Assembly: GCA_000388065.2 (NCBI GenBank)
Contig: KB932215.1
DNA: 8,445 bases
From: Fonticula alba ATCC 38817
Lineage: Eukaryota > Protista > Nucleariida
Strand: one strand, 5' to 3'
How positions within the stretch are numbered: the first letter of the stretch is position 1; every line of letters begins with the position of its first letter. Below the pieces are notes generated by a model. The model was given only the letters and a program-made list of their open reading frames with translations. It did not search any database and had not been told where the DNA came from. The position numbers and the translations under genes were made by a program. This document shows positions 1 to 7,381 of this stretch, piece by piece.

Positions 1-968
1 CTCAATCGCTCGGCCGCCCGGCGGGCCCCGGGCGATCGTGCGCGCTCTCGACGTCGGCGGTGCCGTTGTCGTCGCCGCCGGCGCCCCCCGAGGCGCTGCG
101 AGGCTGGCGAAAGTCCGCCCAGCCAGGACCAGCGGGGGGGAGGGGCTACCGGGCAGCCGCGCGAACGCGCGCGGCACACAGCGGGCCGGCCTTTTTTCCC
201 GGGCCCGCCCCCTTGCTCCGGGGCCGCGCCTGGGCCCTGCCTGCCGGGCCGTGCGCCAACATGGGGCATGTTAACACACAGCCACATGTGGGATCCAGGT
301 GTGTGTGTGGGGGGGGGGGGGGAGGGGGGAGGAGGGGAGTGGGCCGAGCGCCTCCCCCGGGGCCGTTTGTTTGCGGGCCCCTCTGGCGAGGGGGGCAATC
401 AGCACGGGGGCAGCGAAGGCCGAGAAGGGGAGCGTATCCGCTCCTTTTGGCCCCCCTTCCCTCCTTCCCCCTCCGGCTGGCCGGCCGCACCTGGTGGTGT
501 GTGCGGGCCCGGGCGTGTGCGTGTACTGCAGGGGGTGAACGGGGGGCGGATCTCTCGGCAGTCGCGTGCCCACTGCCTGCATGTGCGTGCGCCTCGTTGT
601 ACGCGCATGCGCTCACATGCATGTGCACGTACATGCGACCATTCACACGCACCCGCATGTCCCTGTGTGGGTGGCTGCTGCGCGGGTGTGGGTGCGAGGG
701 CGGGCCCATGCTTGTCTCGGCCCCTGGCGTGTGTGCATGCATGGGTGCGCGTGCGGGGCAGGGGGGGATGGGCGCACGGAAGCCCTCCCGGCCGGCCGGC
801 CGGCCAGCCGGCCACACCCGATCGTGGGCCGTGTGCGCGATCGGTCCCCCCCCCCCCCTTTGTCCGACAGGCGCCCGGGGACACGCGGCCCGGAGGGTGT
901 CCCGGTCCCCCGGCGCCGGCTCTGTCGTGGCGGCACAGCCCGCGCCAGCGGCGGCCACTCGACCACGC

Positions 969-975
969 TATAAGA
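969..975 (+). promoter_or_regulatory. TATA-like element (TATAAGA), possible core promoter of the J-like gene
   Basis: A rare AT-rich motif in GC-rich context, about 50 nt upstream of the candidate first donor at 1021. Supported by position only. Confidence 0.3.
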
Positions 976-1020
976 AGCGGCACACACCAGGCCGCCGGAG
1001 CCAGGCCCCCCAACCAACGA

Positions 1021-1466
1021 GTACCGAATGCCCCTCCTCCCCCTCCTCCGCCCTCGCGCCTTGCCTTTGCAGCCCGTGTGCCTCGTTTGTTTCCCCTCGC
1101 TTCGCCTCGCGTTCTCGTCTGCCACAACACAATGTTCGTGCCCTCCGCGCCGCCCTCGCCCCCGGCCCCTCTTCCTCGCCGGGGCCCGCCCGCCTTGCCG
1201 TCCTTGCCCCCCGCCCCGCCCCCCCCTCGCATGCTGCACGCTGTTCCCTTGCCCCCTTCGCTCTGGCACCGCGCCCGCGAGCTTGCCCCCACATACACAC
1301 ACACACCGCCCCGCCCACTTGTGCTGCCCTGCCGGCGCGACGCCTCCTGCCCTGCCCGGGCGTGAGCCCTGCGTCGCGCCTGCGCGCCGAGAAGCGAACG
1401 CTGACATGCTGTGCCGCCCTGCCGCCGCCGCCGCCGCCGCCGCCGCCGCCCCGATCCCCGACATAG
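1021..1466 (+). other. Probable 5' UTR intron of the J-like gene (acceptor well supported, donor uncertain)
   Basis: Branch-like GCTGAC at 1400..1405, no AG until CATAG 1462..1466, and the ATG starts at the second base after the acceptor. The donor could be GTACCG at 1021 (followed by pyrimidine-rich, intron-like sequence) or GTGAGC at 1362. Confidence 0.5.
1421..1450 (+). repeat. (GCC)10 trinucleotide repeat between branch point and acceptor
   Basis: Read directly from the sequence. Confidence 0.95.
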
Positions 1467-1467
1467 A

Positions 1468-1843
1468 ATGTATCCCTTCGTGGATTACTACCAGGTGCTC
1501 AATGTCCCGAGGGATGCCTCGCTGGCGGACATCCGTGTTGCGTGCGTTCCCCCCCCCCCCCGCGGCCGCTGCTACCCGTTCACTGGTGGGGCGGCCAGGC
1601 TCTTCGCATGCTGGCCTCCTTTTGCGACTTCTTCCAGTGCCCCCGCGCTCACACACCTGCACACATGCGAACGCACATGCCTCCTCGGCCGCCGGCCCCC
1701 TTGGCCCCCCGCTCTACAGCTTCATGCAGAGCGTCTGCGTGGCGGCCGACCCGCTGAAGAGCCTCGATCGCCTGGCCGCCGGTGCGCATGACCCGCATGA
1801 CCCGAACCACCCGGGCCACGATGATGAGCATCCCCACGACCCG

Positions 1844-1893
<50 letters not shown>

Positions 1894-2334
1894 GCATGAG
1901 CACGAGCACGACCACAAGCACAAGCATCACCACCACCATGAGCACCACCACTACCTCCACCGGCCGGAGGGTGGTGCCCGGCGCGGCCGCGTGGCCGGCG
2001 CCGCCAGCGCCGCCCAGGCCACCTTCTACACTAGCCAGAGCTCGCCGGCCGTCAGCCTGGCCGGCGCGGCCCAGGCCCAGGAGACCTCGCGCATTGTCAC
2101 CGACATGTTCCTGACCGCGTATCGCATTCTGTCTGATGGTGCGCATGCTTTTCTCGCGCGCATGGTGTGGCGGTCGGGGTGGGCCGGGCAGCGTGACCGG
2201 GAACGATGGGGGCCCTCGCCTGGGGCCAGCCGTGTGCACGCACACCCGGCGCATGCGGCCGGCAAATATGCACGAGGGGGCAAGGCCCCGCCTCGCGACC
2301 TATTGCTAACAGCAAGTCCATCGCGCGGGCCCCG

Positions 2335-2368
<34 letters not shown>

Positions 2369-4300
2369 CACGCAGCCACCACGCGCCGCATCTACGACCA
2401 GTTCATCCGCCAGTGGGAGTCCAAGCTGGCGCGCGTGTGCGCCCAGACGTGCCGCTCGTCCGGCGCCGCCGCCGCGGCCGCCACCGCCGGCATGTCCATC
2501 GAGGAGAGCCACCAGCGCACGCGCCTGGCGGTGGCCTTCGCGGCGGCGGCCGCCGCGGCCGCCCGCAACCGCGCCGACGTCGACACCCAGCTGCACGTCC
2601 GCCGGCGGGTGTGCATCGCGGCGGCCGCGCGCATTGGCCGCCAGCGCCGCATCGTGCGCAAGGCCGGCCGCCAGGCGGCCCTCGTGGCCCAGACCCGCCT
2701 GTGCACCGGGTCCCAGCAGCGGTGCTCGTGGACCGGCGGCTCGGCCGACGGCAGCCCCGGCTGCCGGGCCCGGCGCCCGGCCCCGGCCACCCCGCCCCGC
2801 GCCCCGGCCCCGGGCAGCAGCTACGCCTCGGTGGCGGCGGCCGCCGCGGCCGTCGGCGCCTCGCGCCTGGCCGCCAGCCGCAAGGTCTACCTCTTCAGCA
2901 GCAGCGGCAGCGGCAGCGGCAGCGGCAGCGGCAGCAGCGCCCTGCCGGCGGCCACCATGGAGCTGAAGGCGCGCGCGGCGGCCGGCACCGGCGGCAGCCT
3001 GACCGTGGTCCCGCCGCCCCCGCCGCCCAAGTGCCTGAAGCCCACCATCGTGGTCCGGGGCTTTGACCCGGCGGCGGCCACCATGGATGCCGGGCTCTTC
3101 CAGGGCCCGGTGTACATCCACGAGGCCGGCTCGCAGGAGGTGGCCCGGTCGACCTTCGGCGCGGGGCGCCGCCGGCGGCCGACCGCCACCCCGCCCCCGC
3201 CCCCGCCCCCGCCCCTGCCGATGGCCAGCAGCCCGGCCGACAGTGTGGCCGGCGGCGGCAGCCTGGTGGCCCCGGCGCCGCCGGCCAAGCCGGTGGCCCC
3301 GGCCCCCGCCGCCCGGCCGGTGACCATCCGGTCGTACTCCACCCTGGCCGAGGTGGCGGCCCAGATCGCGCGCGATCGCTTCCCCCACGTCCTGTCGGAT
3401 GCCATCACGGTGACCGAGTTCTCGAAGGCCGCGGCGGCGGTGGCCGCGGTGGCCGCCAAGCCGGTGGCCCCGCCGCGCCCGCGCCGCGCCTCCTCCCCCC
3501 CGACCGCCGCGGCCGCCGCCCCGGCGTCGTCGCCCCACCCCCCGGCCAGCCTCCTGTCGCTGGCGGACCTGGCCGTGTCGGTGGCCACCGCGGCCCTGGC
3601 CGCCGCGGAGCGCCGCCACCGCCGCACCCCGGGGGCCGCGCCCGCCGCCGCCGCCGCCCCGGCGGTGCCGGCCCGCGCCGCCGCCGCCGCCCCCCCGGCC
3701 CCCGCCCCCGCCCCGGCCATGGCCCTCGACGCCGGCAGCCAGAACATGCGCTACGGGTCCACCCCGCGCGGCTGGCTGTCCGCCGACAATGCCGCCGAGT
3801 ACTATGACCTCCTGGCCATGACGCCCCCGGGCCCGGGCCAGCAGCCGGTCTGCTGGCGCCGGCTGGTGTGGATCCGCCAGGCCGACGGCAGCTGGGTCCA
3901 GCTGCCGCCCTGCCCGTCGCCGGCGCTGCTCGAGCGCCGGGCCATGCTGCTGAAGTCCCCCTTCGCCTCGCTCCGGCAGAAGGTCAGCAACCAGGCCGCC
4001 CTCCGGGCCCTGGATCGCAACCCGGAGGTCTCGCGCCGGGTGGCCCTGGTCACCCTGAGCGACGACCCGCGCAGCCAGGGCGCCTCGGCCTGCGGCTGGC
4101 GCGGCGCCGAGCACCCGGCCCCGGCCCTGGCGCGCGACTCGTCGCCGTCGGCCTGCCCCGCCGTGGCGGCCGACGCCGCCCCGGTGTCCACCCTCGGCGG
4201 CAGTGCCATCCGCGAGTCCCGGCCCCCGGCCGGCCTGACCACCGGCACCCCGGGCGTGTGGATCCGCACCCACGGGTCGTGGACTTGCATCCGCTGCTGA
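1468..4300 (+). CDS. J-domain-like (DnaJ-related, HPD-less) protein with His/Asp-rich insertion and long Ala/Pro-rich tail; join(1468..1541,1720..2138,2376..4300), 2418 nt, 805 aa
   Basis: The spliced translation gives MYPFVDYYQVLNVPRDASLADIRVA|FMQSVCVAADP...TDMFLTAYRILSD|ATTRRIYDQF. This matches J-domain helix I/II (E. coli DnaJ [21 protein letters not shown]) and helix III/IV (AYEVLTDSQKRAAYDQY). Both junctions are GT-AG with compatible phases (gc|c, g|cc) and each restores a domain motif. Exons 2 and 3 have strongly G/C-ending codons. The stop is TGA 4298..4300. Track ORFs 1411..1791 and 1028..4300 each hold only part of the gene. Confidence 0.8.
1542..1719 (+). other. Spliceosomal intron, 178 nt, phase 2
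   Basis: Donor GTGCGT at 1542, branch-like GCTCAC at 1647..1652, acceptor CTACAG ending 1719. Removal joins DIRVA to FMQSV, continuing J-domain helix II and moving into the long frame. Confidence 0.8.
1844..1891 (+). repeat. (GACCAC)8 coding hexanucleotide repeat encoding (Asp-His)8
   Basis: Read directly; it continues as GAG/AAG-CAC/CAT variants encoding EHEHEHDHKHKHHHHH. Confidence 0.95.
2139..2375 (+). other. Spliceosomal intron, 237 nt, phase 1 (3n, stop-free)
   Basis: Donor GTGCGC at 2139, branch GCTAAC at 2305..2310, CA run, acceptor CGCAG ending 2375. Removal creates AYRILSDATTRRIYDQF, the conserved J-domain C-terminal motif. Confidence 0.85.
2335..2371 (+). repeat. Interrupted (CA)n microsatellite immediately before the intron acceptor
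   Basis: Read directly from the sequence. Confidence 0.95.
2897..2938 (+). repeat. (AGCGGC)5 with flanking AGC codons, encoding an SSSGSGSGSGSGSS linker
   Basis: Read directly from the sequence. Confidence 0.9.
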
Positions 4301-4460
4301 TTTGGCCACAGGGGGGGGGGGGCGGGGGGAGACATGGCTCCGGGCGTGGCCGGCTGTGCCCGCGCCCGGCCCCCCGTCCCTGCTGCTGCTCGCGCACTCC
4401 CTCTTTCCGCGTCTGCCTCGCCCGCCTGGCCGTGTGTCCGTGCTCGCGTGTCTGTCTCAC

Positions 4461-4477
4461 TGTGTGTGTGTGTGTGT
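4461..4477 (+). repeat. (TG)8 microsatellite downstream of the J-like stop codon
   Basis: Read directly from the sequence. Confidence 0.9.
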
Positions 4478-5280
4478 ATGCACAGGGGCACGCACAGTGC
4501 CATGCCGACGGATGATGGGTGGGCGCTGGTAGGCGGACCCGGGGCGCGGCGCGGCCCGCCGCGCGCGAGGGCACAACACCAAGAGGCGGGGACTCCCGAG
4601 GGGGGATGGGCACATCGCCTCTTTCCCCCCGGCGCCCCGGGTCCCCGCTGTCCTCCCTCCAATCATGTGTGTGTGGCCAGCGGTGCCTTTTTTTTTGTCG
4701 GGCCGCCGGCCAGGCGTGTGCCTGCTCTCTCGGGGAGGGAGCCTTGCTGCTCCTCCGACGGGGGGAAGGCCCGTCTGCCCGGGCGTGCGACGGGGAGAGA
4801 GAGGCCAGGGGTGAACCGCGCCTCGCCTGCGAGAGCCGCACCGCTGCATGTGCGTGCGCCCGCGCCCATCTCGCCCCCCCCCCCGTGAGAATGGCACATA
4901 CATACGCGCACGATGGTGCCGGGCGGTCCTCAGCCGCGCCACCGGGTCTCCCGCGCGTGTGCGCCCCCCTCCATCCAGCGTAACGGGAAGGCGCCGCGTG
5001 CCTTTCGCCTGCTCGAAGATAGAGAGAAAGTTCTCCGCGCGCGCGCACGTGTGTGTGCGCCCGCGCTCAGGTTTTAAAACACAAGCATATAAAAGAACCG
5101 GAAACGAAAGACGATGTGGCGGTATCTTCGCGCGTGCTGTGACCACACGCGGGGCCCCCCGGGCGAGGGCAACACCTCCCAGTGCACACATGGCAAGGGG
5201 ACGGCGGGGACGCGGGGGGACGGAAGGAGACCGGGCCGGTGCGCGGCGGCGAATCCACAGGGCGAGGGAAGGGACGTCGA

Positions 5281-5317
5281 GAGAGCGACCGGGTGAGAGG
5301 GACCGGGTGAGAGCGAC
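5281..5317 (+). repeat. 14-bp tandem repeat GAGAG(C/G)GACCGGGT, about 2.6 copies
   Basis: Units at 5281..5294, 5295..5308 and a partial unit at 5309..5317. Confidence 0.85.
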
Positions 5318-6225
5318 TCCCGGCACCCGCGTCAAGCCCGTGCCCGTGGATGGCTGTGTGCGGGCGGCCATCAGGCGCATGTATTTCAGGCCATGGTCCT
5401 CGTGGCTTCCGGCGCAGGGAGAGGGGGGGGCGGGGGGGGACGCGGCGCAACATGGACCCAGCGACGTCCCGAGCACTTCGCTCTCGCGCACGCCCCCATG
5501 CGGGGCCATCGCGGCCCTTTCGCTAGTCTGCCCGCAAGGCCATGCACCAGGACCGGCAGAGCCCGGTCGGTGTCTGGGCGCGGGCAAAAAAAAAAAAAGA
5601 CACCCGAACCGCCGAACGGCATCCCGGACATCGCCCCGAGAAAGGGGGGAAGGGACACGGGGGCGTCAGAAGGCGCTCGCACCGGTGAAGCGCCGCGATC
5701 GCCGGCGGACGCAGGACCGCAACGTGTAGGCCTCGCGCTGCCGCTGTGCCGCGTGCTGGTCGACCCTCCCGCATAGGCGCCCTGAGTGCGGCCCCGGCCC
5801 GGGCATGTCTCGAGCAAGGGGCGCTTGCCTTTCTCATGCTCGGGTGTTGGGGCCGGTGGCACTTTGGCTCCGCCGTGTCACATAAGCATCGCACGCCCCC
5901 CCCCCCTCCCGAGCCCGTCGGTGATTTTCCCTCGCTCATCTAGCAGCATCACACAGTCCGGCGCACCATGCGCCACCCATGTTCCTTGTCCCGGTGGCCA
6001 ATTAATACAGGCGGTAGGAACCCAAGTACCATGCACTGTGTGTTCGAGGTGCGGCCGCACCGTCCACGGCTAATTGCATTTGCCAGCGCCCCCGCGCCCC
6101 AGCTCCTCTGCCTCCCCCGGGGCTGCCCGGGTAGTGCGAGGTCGAGAAAGCCACGCAAACAGGCCGCAGGGGCCCGGGCTCCGGGGGTCCAGGGAAAAAA
6201 AGCGGCAGACACGCCGGGGGGGGGG

Positions 6226-6930
6226 NNNNNNNNNNNNNNNNNNNNNNNNNNNNNNNNNNNNNNNNNNNNNNNNNNNNNNNNNNNNNNNNNNNNNNNNNNN
6301 NNNNNNNNNNNNNNNNNNNNNNNNNNNNNNNNNNNNNNNNNNNNNNNNNNNNNNNNNNNNNNNNNNNNNNNNNNNNNNNNNNNNNNNNNNNNNNNNNNNN
6401 NNNNNNNNNNNNNNNNNNNNNNNNNNNNNNNNNNNNNNNNNNNNNNNNNNNNNNNNNNNNNNNNNNNNNNNNNNNNNNNNNNNNNNNNNNNNNNNNNNNN
6501 NNNNNNNNNNNNNNNNNNNNNNNNNNNNNNNNNNNNNNNNNNNNNNNNNNNNNNNNNNNNNNNNNNNNNNNNNNNNNNNNNNNNNNNNNNNNNNNNNNNN
6601 NNNNNNNNNNNNNNNNNNNNNNNNNNNNNNNNNNNNNNNNNNNNNNNNNNNNNNNNNNNNNNNNNNNNNNNNNNNNNNNNNNNNNNNNNNNNNNNNNNNN
6701 NNNNNNNNNNNNNNNNNNNNNNNNNNNNNNNNNNNNNNNNNNNNNNNNNNNNNNNNNNNNNNNNNNNNNNNNNNNNNNNNNNNNNNNNNNNNNNNNNNNN
6801 NNNNNNNNNNNNNNNNNNNNNNNNNNNNNNNNNNNNNNNNNNNNNNNNNNNNNNNNNNNNNNNNNNNNNNNNNNNNNNNNNNNNNNNNNNNNNNNNNNNN
6901 NNNNNNNNNNNNNNNNNNNNNNNNNNNNNN
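6226..6930. other. Assembly gap (705 N)
   Basis: Run of N preceded by a poly-G tract. All track ORFs that span it are artefacts. Confidence 1.
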
Positions 6931-7027
6931 GCCCTGTCCCGACATGCGCGGTCCCCCGGGCCTAGACACGCATCGCACCCGGCAATCGGCCCAGCTTCCA
7001 ACGAACCCTGGGCCGCGCACGCGTCGA

Positions 7028-7028
<1 letters not shown>

Positions 7029-7079
<51 letters not shown>
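7029..7079 (+). repeat. (GCC)17 trinucleotide repeat upstream of tRNase Z
   Basis: 51 nt of uninterrupted GCC, read directly. Confidence 0.95.
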
Positions 7080-7081
<2 letters not shown>

Positions 7082-7108
7082 AGCCGTCGGCACTGATCCG
7101 CCGGCACC

Positions 7109-7240
7109 GTATGTGTTCGACCCCGCCCAGGCCTGGCCATCTTGGCCTCCCTCGCCCCTGCTTCCTCCTCTGCCTCTCTCTCTCTCTCTCTCTGCCTCTC
7201 TGCTTGTTGCCCTCGCATCGCCCACGCCTCCGCACGCTCG

Positions 7241-7274
<34 letters not shown>

Positions 7275-7311
7275 CCCCTACACACACACGCACACACACA
7301 CGGACGGACAG
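7109..7311 (+). other. Intron upstream of the tRNase Z ATG, 203 nt
   Basis: Donor GTATGT at 7109; pyrimidine-rich body with (CT)10 and C33; CA run then GACAG ending 7311. It has the same 3' architecture as intron 2139..2375, but no clear branch motif. Confidence 0.65.
7174..7300 (+). repeat. Intronic simple repeats: (CT)10 at 7174..7193, C33 at 7241..7273, CA run at about 7281..7300
   Basis: Read directly; the homopolymer length may be inaccurate. Confidence 0.9.
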
Positions 7312-7381
7312 GCTTGCCGGCCCCCGCCGCTGGGTGGCGCCCTCCGCATTCGCACGCGCCCACGCGCTCGCCCCTGGACCG

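Noticed and set aside
2-274. Coding-like codon pattern at the window start (+ frame open to TAA 274; - frame GPGWADFRQP...RPSD* ending at 2..4)
   Set aside because: The pattern is symmetric on both strands and has no recognisable motif. It may be the end of a neighbouring gene, but strand and frame cannot be decided.
846-870. Acceptor-like C/T tract plus CAG at 870, implying an additional upstream exon 871..1020
   Set aside because: No branch motif at the expected distance, no clear upstream donor, and the in-frame TAA at 971..973 excludes a coding role.
1132-1467. Pro-rich N-terminal extension from ATG 1132 via donor 1362 spliced in frame to the J-like ATG
   Set aside because: It is phase-compatible, but the sequence is intron-like (CA run, C tracts) and J-domains commonly begin within a few residues of Met. 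It cannot be supported without cDNA.
1028-1719. N-terminal part of the 1090-aa track ORF 1028..4300 as real coding sequence
   Set aside because: The first ~230 codons translate intron-like pyrimidine, CA and GCC repeats. The J-domain start (DYYQVLNV) lies in another frame and joins only by splicing.
4286-4297. C-terminal CIRC as a CaaX prenylation signal like type I DnaJ proteins
   Set aside because: Arg at the a2 position fits CaaX poorly, and the sequence does not match Rab-type CC/CXC motifs.
2306-4309. Long - strand ORFs (667 aa, 286 aa and others) antisense to the J-like gene
   Set aside because: These are shadow frames expected from GC3-rich coding DNA; the translations are repetitive Gly/Arg/Ala with no recognisable domain.
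5071-5080. GTTTTAAAAC resembling the ends of type II CRISPR repeats
   Set aside because: Single copy, no spacers, no cas genes, and a eukaryotic intron-rich context.
7110-7130. GTTCGACCCC resembling a tRNA T-loop next to a tRNase Z gene
   Set aside because: The flanks do not form a T-stem, and no D-arm, anticodon arm or acceptor stem is present. It lies just after an intron donor.
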